Shown here in pieces: positions 22,157 to 32,272 of a DNA stretch of 63,529 bases. The notes below the pieces were generated by a model. That model did no database searches, was not told the DNA's origin, and saw only the letters and a program-made list of their open reading frames with translations. Numbering within the stretch: the first letter of the stretch is position 1; each line of letters opens with the position of its first letter. The DNA is from Cupriavidus sp. (GTDB lineage: Bacteria > Pseudomonadota > Gammaproteobacteria > Burkholderiales > Burkholderiaceae): contig JAFAJB010000247.1 in NCBI GenBank assembly GCA_019236395.1, positions 1-63,529 on the forward strand. Direction: 5' to 3'. Position numbers and translations under genes: made by a program.

Positions 22157-23607
22157 AGCTTCACCATCACGTTGCGCAGCTCGGTGTAGAACTCCAGGGA
22201 ATGGACGCCGCCCTCGCGGCCGATACCCGATGCCTTGGCCCCGCCGAATGCCGTACGGAGGTCGCGCAGGAACCAGCTATTGATCCAGCACAGCCCGACG
22301 TCGATGGCATGCGCCATGCGGTGAGCCGTGCCAAGGTCCTGCGTCCAGACCGTGGTGGCCAGCCCATAGTCGGTGGCGTTGGCCAGCGCGATGGCTTCCT
22401 CCTCGGTGTCGAACGGCGCGATGTGGCAGCAGGGCCCGAAGATTTCTTCGCGGATCACGCGCGCGCTTTCGGGCAGGCCGGTCCAGATCGTCGGCTGCAC
22501 CCAATGGCCTTCGGCAAGTTCGGACGGCATGGAAGGTGCGCCGCCGCCGGTCACCACCGTCGCGCCCTCGCTGCGCGCCACGTCGTAGTAGGACATCACC
22601 TTGGCCTTGTGCTCGGCCGAGATCAGCGGGCCAAGGCCCACGCCCGGGGCGTCGGACGGCCCGATGCGCAGCGATTCCGCTTTCTCCTTGAGCGCCTGCA
22701 CGAACCTGTCGAAGATCGGCCGCTGCACGTACACACGCTCAGTTCCCAGGCAGACCTGCCCACAGTTCTCGAACGCGCTGCGCGCGATGCCGGCCACGGC
22801 CTTGTCGAAGTCGGCATCGGCAAAGACGATGCCGGCGTTCTTGCCGCCCAACTCGAAGCTGACCGGCCGCACGCCTTTTGCCGCCGCGGCCATGATGGCC
22901 TCGCCAGTGCGCGTCTCGCCGGTGAACGTAATGCCGTTGACGCCGGGATGGCGGGTCAGGAACTCACCGGCCGAGCCCGGCCCGAAGCCGTGCAGCACGT
23001 TGTAGACGCCTTTGGGCACGCCGACCTTCTCCATCACCTCGCCCAGCAGCGTGGCCGTGGCCGGTGTCTCCTCGGAAGGCTTGACGATCACCGTGTTGCC
23101 GCAGGCCAGCGCGGGGCCCACCTTCCAAGTCATCAGCAGCAGCGGCAGGTTCCACGGGCAGACCACCGCCACCACGCCCAGCGGGGCGCGCAGCGCGTAA
23201 CTGATCGCCGTGCCGCCGTCTGGCGTGGCCATCTCGAAGCTTTCGGTGGGTGCGTTCTTGACGATGTCGGCGAAGATCTTGAAGTTGGCGGCGCCGCGCG
23301 GGATGTCGATATGCGCGGCGAGGCTGCGCGGCTTGCCGGTGTCGGCCAGTTCGGCTTCGAGGAAATCGTCGAAGCGGCGATTGATCTCGTCGGCCACGGC
23401 ATGCAGCAGTTCAACGCGCCGGGCCACCGGCATGCGCCCCCAGTCGCCATGCAGCGCGGCGCGCGCGGCGGCGACGGCGGCATCCACTTCGGCCTGCCCC
23501 GCCTCGTGCACGAGCCCGATCACCCGGTTATCGACCGGCGCGCGGTTCTCGAACGTCTTGTTGGTGGCGACGAACTCGCCATTGATGAAATTGCGGAATT
23601 GCTTCAC
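22153..23607 (-). CDS. dmpC: 2-hydroxymuconic semialdehyde dehydrogenase
   Basis: PWNLP, ELGGKN, GQVCLG, EEIFGP; GTG start uncertain (23670 is an alternative). Confidence 0.92.
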   Translation of the reverse strand: MKQFRNFINGEFVATNKTFENRAPVDNRVIGLVHEAGQAEVDAAVAAARAALHGDWGRMPVARRVELLHAVADEINRRFDDFLEAELADTGKPRSLAAHIDIPRGAANFKIFADIVKNAPTESFEMATPDGGTAISYALRAPLGVVAVVCPWNLPLLLMTWKVGPALACGNTVIVKPSEETPATATLLGEVMEKVGVPKGVYNVLHGFGPGSAGEFLTRHPGVNGITFTGETRTGEAIMAAAAKGVRPVSFELGGKNAGIVFADADFDKAVAGIARSAFENCGQVCLGTERVYVQRPIFDRFVQALKEKAESLRIGPSDAPGVGLGPLISAEHKAKVMSYYDVARSEGATVVTGGGAPSMPSELAEGHWVQPTIWTGLPESARVIREEIFGPCCHIAPFDTEEEAIALANATDYGLATTVWTQDLGTAHRMAHAIDVGLCWINSWFLRDLRTAFGGAKASGIGREGGVHSLEFYTELRNVMVKL

Positions 23608-23666
23608 GGTCGGATTCCCGAGGCAGACAGTCCCAGACAGTCGCTGTCCTGGTTGAGTAGAAAATT

Positions 23667-24116
23667 TCATTGCAGGCCGATGGCGTACAGGCCGGCGCGC
23701 GCACAGGCTTCGTCCTGCCGGGCCGAGCCGCCAGACACGCCGATGCCGCCGATGACCTCGCCCGCCTCGCGCATCGGCAGGCCGCCGCCAAAGATCACAA
23801 GCCCCGGGCGAGTTGCCAGGCCCAGGCGCAACGGCTCGTCTTCGGCCAGCAACTCGCCCCACTGCGCAGTGGGAAAGCCGAAGCCGGCCGACGTCCGCGC
23901 CTTGTCGATGGCAATGTCGATCGAGTGCAGGAAGGCGCCCGTCATGCGCGCAAAGGCCACCAGCGCGCCACCGCCATCCACCACGGCCACGTTGATGCGC
24001 AGGCCCTGCTTCGCTGCCTCCGCCACCGCGGCCGTCACCGCGGCCTGTGCTGCCGGCAGCGTGATATGGGGACGAGGTTCGCTCACACGGAGCGCGTTGG
24101 AAGCGGTCAGGGACAT
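23667..24116 (-). CDS. GlcG/HbpS-family heme-binding protein
   Basis: VAVVDGGG, AIDKARTS, GGIGVSGG; commonly found after meta-pathway C23O genes. Confidence 0.85.
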   Translation of the reverse strand: MSLTASNALRVSEPRPHITLPAAQAAVTAAVAEAAKQGLRINVAVVDGGGALVAFARMTGAFLHSIDIAIDKARTSAGFGFPTAQWGELLAEDEPLRLGLATRPGLVIFGGGLPMREAGEVIGGIGVSGGSARQDEACARAGLYAIGLQ

Positions 24117-24165
24117 GGCAGTCTGCGGAAAGTGATCATGGGGATGGCGGCCGGCATGGAAGCGA

Positions 24166-25110
24166 TCAGGTGTACACGTCCGTAAAGGACGGCACCGCTT
24201 CGCCGGTGTGATAGAAGATGCCGGTCCACAGCATGTCTTCGCTCCACGTCGTGACGGGACGGTCCGGCTGCGCAAGGTAGCCCAGCCCGGCGAACGTCTC
24301 GTTGCGGTTGCCGCTCGGGTCGAAGAAATAGATCGTCTCCCCGCGCGTGATGCCATGGCGCGTGGGCGCAACATCGATCTTCGTCTTGTTCTTCGCCATG
24401 ACGTCGGCGGCCTTGAGCACGTCGTGCCATGAGTCGAGGAAGAACGCGATGTGGTGCAAGCCGCTGCGCGGGCCGCCAACGAAGGCGATATCGTGCGGCG
24501 TGGAACTGCGGGCAAGCCACGTCGCCGCCTGCACCGAGCCATCCGGCCCCACCAGCACCTGCTCCGTCAGGAAGAAGCCAAGCACCTCCCGCATGAAGCG
24601 GGTGTTGTCCGCCACGGTGTTGATGCCCGCCTCGGGGTTCAGTTCGCACATCAGCAGCGCATGGTCCAGCCAATGCGCGCCCGCGCCCTTGATGTTGTCC
24701 GGCCACGGGTCCGGGTTGCGGCTGCCAACCTCCGTGCCGACCAGTTCCTTCATGGCGTAAAGCCGCATGTCGTGGCCGCTTGGCAGCAGGAACTGCAGCA
24801 TCCGTCCCGTGGACGGCAGCGTTGCCTCGGGCAGCATCGTGGTCCGGATGCCCCAGGCTTCGATCCTGGCCTGCAGTTCGTCGAGATCGGCGTCATTCTC
24901 GACCTTGTAGGCAAGGTGGTTCAGGCCGGCCTGGTCCGACGGTGTGAGGATCAGCGAGTACTTGTCCCACTCGTCCCAGCACTTCAGGTAGACGTTGTCG
25001 GCCTTGTCCTGCATCGTCACCTTCATGCCCAGCACGTTCTCGTAGTGCCGCAGCGCGGCGGCCATGTCCATCACTTTCAGGCTTGCATGCCCAATTCGTA
25101 GAACACCCAT
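24166..25110 (-). CDS. Catechol 2,3-dioxygenase, subfamily I.2.C-like
   Basis: MGVLRIGH start, [28 protein letters not shown]. Confidence 0.95.
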   Translation of the reverse strand: MGVLRIGHASLKVMDMAAALRHYENVLGMKVTMQDKADNVYLKCWDEWDKYSLILTPSDQAGLNHLAYKVENDADLDELQARIEAWGIRTTMLPEATLPSTGRMLQFLLPSGHDMRLYAMKELVGTEVGSRNPDPWPDNIKGAGAHWLDHALLMCELNPEAGINTVADNTRFMREVLGFFLTEQVLVGPDGSVQAATWLARSSTPHDIAFVGGPRSGLHHIAFFLDSWHDVLKAADVMAKNKTKIDVAPTRHGITRGETIYFFDPSGNRNETFAGLGYLAQPDRPVTTWSEDMLWTGIFYHTGEAVPSFTDVYT

Positions 25111-25132
25111 GTCTGTCTCCTCGTTAAGAGTC

Positions 25133-25498
25133 TCACTGCGGTTTGTGTTCGGGCTGCGCCCCCGCAGACGCGGCGAAGCCCTTGAAGAACGATTTCTCGA
25201 TCCGGCCCAGCACGGCAAGCCGCACGGCGGTCAGCGGTGCCTCGCGGCATGCCAGCGTGATGCCCTGTGCTTCCTCTTCAGCGCTGACGTGCGCCCGGCT
25301 GAGCGGCCCCAGACGCGCCGTGCGGCCTTCGATGACGCGCACCTTGCATACCCCGCAGCCGCCGTTGATGCAGCCCACCGGGATGCCCTTCCGCCCAAGG
25401 CGCAACATGCCGGCCAGCAGGCTTTCGCTCGTCGCGCAGACGTAGTGCTCCTGGGTCTGCTCCACGCAGACGTCAACCTTTGGTCTTTCATCCGGCAT
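25133..25498 (-). CDS. dmpQ: XylT/DmpQ-type [2Fe-2S] ferredoxin (C23O reactivation)
   Basis: [13 protein letters not shown]...LAC. Confidence 0.9.
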   Translation of the reverse strand: MPDERPKVDVCVEQTQEHYVCATSESLLAGMLRLGRKGIPVGCINGGCGVCKVRVIEGRTARLGPLSRAHVSAEEEAQGITLACREAPLTAVRLAVLGRIEKSFFKGFAASAGAQPEHKPQ

Positions 25499-25513
25499 TG
25501 CACGGCCCTCCTC

Positions 25514-26578
25514 TCACACGCGCCGGAACAGCGGGCTGCGCTGCGCATCGGCATCTGCCGCCGAGAGGAACTTCTCGGTGTAGATGTCCTCCTCGAAAAG
25601 CCGCCCCTGCATCAGCGTGCCGATCGTGGCTTCCACCATCGGCGGGGGCCCGCACAGGTACGCCTTGTGGCCGGCGAACTGCCCGTCGAACAGCGTCCGC
25701 GCGGCATCGTGCGCATAGCCCCGCGCACCGCGCCACTCGCTGTCTTCCGGCTCGCCGGAGAGCACGGGCACGTACTGGAAGTTGGGGTGTCGCGCAGCCA
25801 GGTCGACGAACTCGTCGTGGCCGTACAGCTCTTCCAGGCTGCGCTGACCGTTGATCAACGTGATGGGAAGCGCGCAGCCGCCCGCAAGCAGGTCGAGGAT
25901 CATCGAGCGAGGGCTGGAAAGACCCGACCCCCCTGCGACAAACAGCATCGGCATGCCCGCCGACTGCCGCACGAAGAAGCGGCCATAGGGGCCACTCACG
26001 CGCAGCACGTCCCCGACCTGCACCTGCTCATGCAGCACGCCGGTTCCCGCCCCGCCGGGCACGCGGCGCACCTGCAACACGATCTCGCCGGTTTCCGCGA
26101 CTTCGGCGGGCGCGTTGGCGATCGAGAACGCTCGCTGCTGCCCCAGCCCGGGAATCTCGACCATCACGTACTGCCCGGCCTGGAAGTCGATTGGCTGGTC
26201 CAGCTTCAGGCGCAGCCCCTTGATCGTGGGCGTGAGCGTTTCGATGCGCGTCACCGTCGCCGCGAAATCGCGGACCGGGATGACGCGGGCATCCGGTTCC
26301 TCATCGATGTCGGCCTCGATGCAGACATCGGTAAGCGCCGTCGCGCAGCAGGCGAGCGTCTTGCCCTCCTCCCGTTCGAAGTCCATCAGCGCGAACGGGT
26401 TGGCCGCGCCATGGTCCACTTCTCCGCTGGTCACCTGTACCTTGCACGTGCCGCACAGCCCGTGCCCGCAGGCGTGCGGTATGTACACGCCCGAACGCAG
26501 CGCCGCGTCGAGCAGCGTCTGGCCCTCCGCCACGTCCAGCGTGGCGCCAAGGGGTTCAATGGTGATTTGGTTGCACAT
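25514..26578 (-). CDS. dmpP: Phenol hydroxylase reductase (P5)
   Basis: CGHGLCGTC, RAFSIA, GGSG, CGPP, EKF. Confidence 0.93.
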   Translation of the reverse strand: MCNQITIEPLGATLDVAEGQTLLDAALRSGVYIPHACGHGLCGTCKVQVTSGEVDHGAANPFALMDFEREEGKTLACCATALTDVCIEADIDEEPDARVIPVRDFAATVTRIETLTPTIKGLRLKLDQPIDFQAGQYVMVEIPGLGQQRAFSIANAPAEVAETGEIVLQVRRVPGGAGTGVLHEQVQVGDVLRVSGPYGRFFVRQSAGMPMLFVAGGSGLSSPRSMILDLLAGGCALPITLINGQRSLEELYGHDEFVDLAARHPNFQYVPVLSGEPEDSEWRGARGYAHDAARTLFDGQFAGHKAYLCGPPPMVEATIGTLMQGRLFEEDIYTEKFLSAADADAQRSPLFRRV

Positions 26579-26582
26579 GGCT

Positions 26583-26951
26583 TTAGCTGCAGGAACCGTT
26601 GATGCCGGAAAGGCCCGGCGTGCGAAAACGGATGACGTCCTTGTGGCCCAGCCCGTTCGCGGCGAGCGAGGCGGCCGGGTCGGGCGTCCACGGCTTGCCC
26701 GACTTGAACCACTGCACCGTGTTCCAGTCGATACGCTCGAAGTCGGGGTGCTCGGCGTAAATGCCGGGCAGTACCTGGCTGACGAGCGCGCCGAACGGCA
26801 TCTCGGGCGGCAGCGGCACGCAGACCGGCGAGCAGAACATCAGGTGGTCTTCCCATCCGATGTACAGCAGCGGCGCGGGAAAGTTTTCACGCACGTCCTT
26901 CATGGGGAACTGGTAAGGCACCCCGGCGGCGGGATTGGCGACGACGCTCAT
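26583..26951 (-). CDS. dmpO: Phenol hydroxylase gamma subunit (P4)
   Basis: GWEDHLMF, GLGHKDVIRF. Confidence 0.92.
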   Translation of the reverse strand: MSVVANPAAGVPYQFPMKDVRENFPAPLLYIGWEDHLMFCSPVCVPLPPEMPFGALVSQVLPGIYAEHPDFERIDWNTVQWFKSGKPWTPDPAASLAANGLGHKDVIRFRTPGLSGINGSCS

Positions 26952-28492
26952 GCTTTCTCTCCTGTCCAGGCGGCAAAGTTCTTCTGGTCCTCCGATCCCT
27001 CGAAGTCGAAGTTGTCCCGCCCGATGTTCATTTCGTAGTACTGCAGGACGGCCGTCAGCGGATCGAAGCCTTCCGCCGTCGGGTCCGTGCCTTCGGGGAA
27101 GCAGTGCCCCTGGTAGATCTGGTGCACCGGCAGCCAGCTCTGCACGTACTTCTCCGGCTCATCCTCGAAGATGTGCTGGCAGTGGTCGGAGCAGAAGTGA
27201 TACTTGTTGCCGAAGTAGCTGGTCTCGCGGTAGCAGATCTTCGTGGCATCGCCGGGCTCGGTGAAGAACATCGGGACCTGGCAGGTGGTGCACAGCATCG
27301 GCAGCGTCTTGTTGTAGAAGCGGCGGCCTTCGTCGGCACGCTCGCGCCAGTACTCGAAGCGCGGGCGATACAGCTTGTCGAAGCTTTCGGGATACTTCTG
27401 CGAAAGCCACTGCATTTCCCCGTCCTGCGGGATCCACGTATGGAATGGCGCTGCGGCGCCGTAGTTGTAGAAAGTGGCCCACGCCTGGTGGCTGATGTGG
27501 TCCTTGCCCTCGCAGGCGTCCTTCCAGCCGCGCGGCTCACGGATGCCGTAGCGCGCCAGGTCCTTGAACAGCGCACCGCCGCTGCCCTCGGCGTACATCT
27601 CCCACGCCTCCTTCCAGCTCATCACGCGCTTGGGCAGCATGTAGTCCTGCATCATCGCCACGATGGTCAGCAGGCGGTAGCCGCGCCAGAACCATTTGTC
27701 GATCCAGCGCTGCACGATGGGCACGTTGCCGGGATCCTGCTCGAGCATGAACTTGATGCACTCGATGCCCAGCGTCATGTGCCGCGATTCGTCGGACTGC
27801 GCCGAGAAGCCGAACGTGACGGTGCTCATATCGCCGTTGTGTGCCGCGCCAGACATGAAGGGTACGAACAGCAGGTTCGTCAGCACGTACTCGAACGAAA
27901 AGCTCACGGCCGTCAGGAACTCGAATGGGCCGGCGGTGCAGGCATCTTCGAAGAACGACTTCGGCACGGACAGGTACCAGACACGGTCGAACCAGTGGTG
28001 CGACCGGTGCAGGCCGTTGAAGTACTTGTTGTAGTGCGAGATAGCGTGCGTCTCGGTCTGGTAGTGGCGCAGTTCGTCGATGGACTGCATCTGCGCAGCC
28101 ACGCGCGCGCCCTCGCCCGTGAACTGACGGCCAACATGCGCAAAGCCACGGTGCGCACAGTATTCAAGCGGCGTCACGCCCTGGAGGAACAGCTTCAGTG
28201 CGTTGATATAGCGGGCATCGCTGACGCCAAGCTGGCCGTTGTTCTGCGCGAAGGCCTCGATCACCGCATACAGCTTCTTTTCCTTCTCCCCCTGGTACTT
28301 CCAGTAGGCATCCATGGTCAGGCGGAACGGGTCCTGCCACTTGTCCCAGTCGTGGATCTTGATGCCTTCGTAGGTGTCGTAGGGAAAGACCTTGTCCATC
28401 GGCTGGTACGTGGTCTCCCAGCCCAGGCCACGGGTCATGGCGGCGTACCGCTCCTTCAGGCCAAGCTTCTTCTTGGCAACGCGGGTATCCAT
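26948..28492 (-). CDS. dmpN: Phenol/toluene-ortho hydroxylase alpha subunit (P3, TomA3-like)
   Basis: Diiron motifs DELRH and DESRH; YHS-like YHFCSDHC. Confidence 0.96.
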   Translation of the reverse strand: MDTRVAKKKLGLKERYAAMTRGLGWETTYQPMDKVFPYDTYEGIKIHDWDKWQDPFRLTMDAYWKYQGEKEKKLYAVIEAFAQNNGQLGVSDARYINALKLFLQGVTPLEYCAHRGFAHVGRQFTGEGARVAAQMQSIDELRHYQTETHAISHYNKYFNGLHRSHHWFDRVWYLSVPKSFFEDACTAGPFEFLTAVSFSFEYVLTNLLFVPFMSGAAHNGDMSTVTFGFSAQSDESRHMTLGIECIKFMLEQDPGNVPIVQRWIDKWFWRGYRLLTIVAMMQDYMLPKRVMSWKEAWEMYAEGSGGALFKDLARYGIREPRGWKDACEGKDHISHQAWATFYNYGAAAPFHTWIPQDGEMQWLSQKYPESFDKLYRPRFEYWRERADEGRRFYNKTLPMLCTTCQVPMFFTEPGDATKICYRETSYFGNKYHFCSDHCQHIFEDEPEKYVQSWLPVHQIYQGHCFPEGTDPTAEGFDPLTAVLQYYEMNIGRDNFDFEGSEDQKNFAAWTGEKA

Positions 28493-28541
28493 GGTGTGTC
28501 TCCTCTTGTCGGTATGTGCGGTGCTGTGCGTCCAGCGGCGT

Positions 28542-28811
28542 TCAGTGGTTCCAGCTCAACGTGAGCTGGTCGTCGTCTTCGTCGATTTGGCCCGACAGCG
28601 TGACCAGGTTCACGTGTAGCTGCTGCAGGTCGAACGGCCGGCCGGTCTGTTCCTCGATGGTTTCGCGACGGATGGTGAGCCGGCCCGGGGCATCGATCTT
28701 GACGAGCCCCGTGGGATAGCTGACCACCGCCTCGGGGTTGTCAGTCACGATCGCTTCGACGACGGGACGCGATTCCTCATTGGCCTGGAAGGCGATAAAA
28801 ACCTGGGACAT
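28542..28811 (-). CDS. dmpM: Phenol hydroxylase effector protein (P2)
   Basis: MSQVFIAFQANEE, MmoB/DmpM pattern. Confidence 0.92.
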   Translation of the reverse strand: MSQVFIAFQANEESRPVVEAIVTDNPEAVVSYPTGLVKIDAPGRLTIRRETIEEQTGRPFDLQQLHVNLVTLSGQIDEDDDQLTLSWNH

Positions 28812-28848
28812 GGTTGTTCCTCTGCAAGAAGTCCGGACGTGTGACGGG

Positions 28849-29856
28849 TCAGAGCGCAAGGCCGAGCTTCGCGGCGCGTGCATCGAGCGCGGCGGAAACC
28901 TCGCTCAGCGCGGCGGCACCGTGCTCACCGAGCGCCAGTTCGGCAATCGGCGCCAGGGCCTGCGTGGCGCGGCCGGCCCAGTGCCGGAACCACTGCGTCA
29001 GCAGTTCGCGGTTCGCGGCGGCCTCGGGCTCCGCGGCCGCGACCATCGTCTTCACGACGGCGTCTACCCAGCGCGTGGTCTCGTCGTGCCACTCGGGCAT
29101 GAAGCTGGTCAGCATGGCCGCCGCCGTGCCGCCATGCAGCGTGAGGTGGTCGTCCACATAGTGGCCATAGACCAGCGGGTACAGCAGGCCATCGAGCGCG
29201 AGGTTCTGCGCAACGAACAGCTCCACCGGGTCCTGCAGGACGAAGGTGTCTTCCACATAGCGGCGCAGATCCTGCCAGCACGCATCGTCAAGCCAGGCGC
29301 GCTTGCCCGTATCCAGCACGTCGGGTTCGTCCAGTGCCAGCGCCAGGCGCGTGATCAGTTGCGCGATGCCGAGGTGATCCATCGCATGGAACATGGCTGG
29401 CGCGGTGAACGCCGTGCCGTAGCCATAGGCGCAGATCGCGGCGTTATTCATGTTCGCGCCCCAGGCCACGTGACGCAGCGGCAGCAGCACCTCCAGCAGC
29501 CGCGTGCGCAGCGTGTCACTCATCGAAGCGGCCAGCCCGCGTGACTCCACGAACTGGAAGTTGGCCTCCACCGCCTCCTGCTGGCGCGCGCGGGTCATCG
29601 TCCACGTGGCGTAGTAGAACTGGCGCGGGTCCTTCAGGGCCTGCCAGTCAGCCAGACGGATCCGGCTGCGGCTGGCGTCGAACAGCTCATGCGCCGGGTC
29701 CCACGTCGGCCGGTAGTGGAAGTTGGCCATGGGCTGACCGCCATAGGTGGCCTCCTGGTAGCGCGTTGCGGCCTTGCCTTCGCCGACAAGTCGTGCAACG
29801 TGCGCGAACGTTTGCCGCAACGGCGTGATCTCGCGGGTCTGCAGATCGATATTCAT
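28849..29856 (-). CDS. dmpL: Phenol hydroxylase beta subunit (P1)
   Basis: RYQEAT, NFHYRPTWDP, DPRQFYY. Confidence 0.93.
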   Translation of the reverse strand: MNIDLQTREITPLRQTFAHVARLVGEGKAATRYQEATYGGQPMANFHYRPTWDPAHELFDASRSRIRLADWQALKDPRQFYYATWTMTRARQQEAVEANFQFVESRGLAASMSDTLRTRLLEVLLPLRHVAWGANMNNAAICAYGYGTAFTAPAMFHAMDHLGIAQLITRLALALDEPDVLDTGKRAWLDDACWQDLRRYVEDTFVLQDPVELFVAQNLALDGLLYPLVYGHYVDDHLTLHGGTAAAMLTSFMPEWHDETTRWVDAVVKTMVAAAEPEAAANRELLTQWFRHWAGRATQALAPIAELALGEHGAAALSEVSAALDARAAKLGLAL

Positions 29857-29909
29857 GCGGATGTCTCCTGGTACTTTTATGAAATGGGGCCTCGGCGGTC
29901 TGCGCCGCC

Positions 29910-30125
29910 TCAGGTTTCCAGCCTCGTCACCTGATGCCGGTCGCAGAAGGCCGTGAAGGCCGGCTCCGGCAGCAGCAGGTCCACGCTCAACTCCGGCCAG
30001 CCGATGGCGAACTCGAAGCTCACCAGCCCATCGGCATGGCGCTCGACGCGGCTCACGAACTTGCGCGTGACATCGACGTCTGGCAGTGCGTCGCCGGTTG
30101 TGGCGGAGGGGGAAGTCATGGGCAT
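29910..30125 (-). CDS. dmpK: Phenol hydroxylase assembly subunit (P0)
   Basis: FEFAIGWPELSVDLLLP; GAGG RBS. Confidence 0.88.
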   Translation of the reverse strand: MPMTSPSATTGDALPDVDVTRKFVSRVERHADGLVSFEFAIGWPELSVDLLLPEPAFTAFCDRHQVTRLET

Positions 30126-30211
30126 GTCCTCTTGGTGGTCCGTGGAACCGTGGTCCGTGGTCGGTGAATCTGCGCTGGCCACTGCGCGGTGACGCGGTGA
30201 CAGCCGGTCTT

Positions 30212-30227
30212 TGCAGAAGCTGTGCCA
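30212..30227 (-). promoter_or_regulatory. Sigma-54 promoter of the phenol hydroxylase/meta operon
   Basis: Minus strand reads TGGCACAGCTTCTGCA, with GG/GC 12 bp apart. Confidence 0.8.
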
Positions 30228-30358
30228 GCCAACCACCTGATCCGCATAAATCTCGATATTTGCAGGGAAAACCCCTACTGGGAGCAAGGTGCACGAGATT
30301 GAAAAAGCACCTTTTCCGAGGCGACGCTTTGAGCCGAAAGGGCCGCTAATGGCGGAAA

Positions 30359-30476
30359 TTTGATGATTTGGTCGAATCGATTTGGGACACCTTCATCAAA
30401 TGATCGATTCCATAGGCAAACACATGAAATCGCCCATTCGGTCAATTCTCGAGATTCTTATCAATTGATGAAATGC
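30359..30476. promoter_or_regulatory. XylR/DmpR-type upstream activating sequences shared by the divergent operons
   Basis: TTTGATGATTTGGTC, TTCATCAAATGATCGA and TTATCAATTGATGAAA lie between two sigma-54 promoters. Confidence 0.6.
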
Positions 30477-30641
30477 ACCGCCGGGCGAAGACGGCCCGCA
30501 TCTCATCAAAAACTCAAATCCACGCGGGTCCGTCCGTTTTTGCGGCGCACAGGTTCGGGCCTCCAAGCCCGGTGGCGTACCCCGCTATCCCTTGGATTCC
30601 AACGGTTTTGCAATGCAGCACCGCTGCACCGCCATACCCGC

Positions 30642-30657
30642 TGGCATTGCATTTGCG
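30642..30657 (+). promoter_or_regulatory. Sigma-54 promoter of the toluene monooxygenase operon
   Basis: TGGCATTGCATTTGC, with GG at 30643 and GC at 30655. Confidence 0.8.
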
Positions 30658-30742
30658 AAAGGGAAGGCGCCCCGGGTCCGCGGCCTTTCGCAACCGGGAC
30701 TGCAAATCAAGAAAGACATGACATCCACCAAGGAGATATCCC

Positions 30743-32248
30743 ATGGCGCTTTTGGAACGCGCAGCGTGGTACGACATTGCCCGCACAACGAACTGGACGC
30801 CGGCGTACGTCGCCGAGTCCGACCTTTTCCCGGAAGTCATGGCAGGCGCGCAAGGCGTGCCCATGGAAGTCTGGGAAACCTATGACGAGCCTTACAAGAC
30901 GTCGTATCCGGAGTACGTCCGCATTCAGCGCGAGAAGGACGCCGGCGCCTACTCCGTGAAGGCCGCGCTGGAGCGCAGCCGCATGTTCGAGGACGCCGAT
31001 CCCGGCTGGCTGTCGATCCTGAAGGCGCATTACGGCGCCATCGCGCTCGGCGAATACGCCGCGATGAGCGCCGAGGCACGCATGGCCCGCTTCGGCCGCG
31101 CGCCGGGGATGCGCAACATGGCGACGTTCGGCATGCTCGACGAGAACCGCCACGGGCAGTTGCAGCTCTACTTTCCGCACGACTACTGCCAGAAGGACCG
31201 GCAGTTCGACTGGGCGCACAAGGCCTATCACACCAACGAATGGGGCGCGATCGCTGCGCGCAGCACCTTCGACGATCTGTTCATGTCGCGCAGCGCGATC
31301 GAGATCGCCGTGATGCTGACGTTCGCGTTCGAAACGGGCTTCACCAACATGCAGTTCCTCGGCCTGGCAGCCGATGCGGCGGAAGCCGGTGACTTCACCT
31401 TCGCCAGCCTGATCTCAAGTATCCAGACGGACGAGTCACGGCACGCGCAGATCGGCGGCCCGGCACTGCAGATCCTGATTGCCAACGGGCGCAAGGAGCA
31501 GGCGCAGCAACTCGTGGACGTGGCCATCGCCCGCGCATGGCGCCTGTTCTCCCTGCTGACCGGCACGTCGATGGACTACGCCACGCCGCTGCAGCATCGC
31601 AAGGAGTCATTCAAGGAGTTCATGACGGAATGGATCGTCGGCCAGTTCGAGCGCACGCTGATCGACCTCGGCCTGGACCTGCCCTGGTACTGGGACCAGA
31701 TGATCAATGAGTTCGACTACCAGCACCATGCTTACCAGATGGGCATCTGGTTCTGGCGGCCGACCGTCTGGTGGAACCCGGCCGCCGGCATGACGCCGGA
31801 CTGCCGTGACTGGCTCGAGGAAAAGTATCCCGGCTGGAACGACACGTTCGGCAATGCCTGGGACGTCATCATCGACAACCTGCTCGCGGGCAGGAAGGAC
31901 CTGACCGTCCCCGAGACCCTGCCCATCGTCTGCAACATGAGTCAGTTGCCAATCTGCGCGGTGCCCGGCAACGGCTGGAACGTCAGGGACTATCCGCTCG
32001 ACTACAACGGCCGCACCTACCACTTCAATTCCGAGATCGACCGCTGGGTCTTCCAGCAGGACCCGGTGCGCTACCGCGACCACCTCACGCTGGTCGATCG
32101 ATTCCTCGCCGGGCACATCCAGCCGCCCGACCTGGGAGGCGCGCTCCGGTACATGAACCTCGCCCCCGGCGAGATTGGCGACGACGCGCACCAGTACGCG
32201 TGGGTAGAGGCTTACCGCCGTCAGCGCGAACAGATCAAGGCCGCTTGA
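30743..32248 (+). CDS. tbuA1: Toluene monooxygenase hydroxylase alpha (TmoA/TbuA1)
   Basis: GEYAA, DENRH, DESRH diiron ligands; 501 aa. Confidence 0.95.
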   Translation: MALLERAAWYDIARTTNWTPAYVAESDLFPEVMAGAQGVPMEVWETYDEPYKTSYPEYVRIQREKDAGAYSVKAALERSRMFEDADPGWLSILKAHYGAIALGEYAAMSAEARMARFGRAPGMRNMATFGMLDENRHGQLQLYFPHDYCQKDRQFDWAHKAYHTNEWGAIAARSTFDDLFMSRSAIEIAVMLTFAFETGFTNMQFLGLAADAAEAGDFTFASLISSIQTDESRHAQIGGPALQILIANGRKEQAQQLVDVAIARAWRLFSLLTGTSMDYATPLQHRKESFKEFMTEWIVGQFERTLIDLGLDLPWYWDQMINEFDYQHHAYQMGIWFWRPTVWWNPAAGMTPDCRDWLEEKYPGWNDTFGNAWDVIIDNLLAGRKDLTVPETLPIVCNMSQLPICAVPGNGWNVRDYPLDYNGRTYHFNSEIDRWVFQQDPVRYRDHLTLVDRFLAGHIQPPDLGGALRYMNLAPGEIGDDAHQYAWVEAYRRQREQIKAA

Positions 32249-32272
32249 TGCGGCAACCCGATGGAGGATGAC

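Noticed and set aside
22201-24135. 644-aa plus-strand ORF, and similar long ORFs at 25064-26602, 27104-28564, 35550-37019, 2107-3435, 5951-7273 and 49878-51188
   Set aside because: Antisense shadows of well-supported genes in high-GC DNA; no recognisable motifs.
28849-30294. Long N-terminal extensions in the ORF track for dmpL, dmpK, dmpC, the GlcG gene, atpD, atpB, atpE and the ABC ATPase
   Set aside because: They overlap neighbouring genes or promoters; internal starts with an RBS or coupled stop/start fit the family lengths.
30359-30476. TTGAT/ATCAA half-sites read as FNR boxes
   Set aside because: Spacing does not fit N4; context between sigma-54 promoters fits XylR/DmpR UASs.
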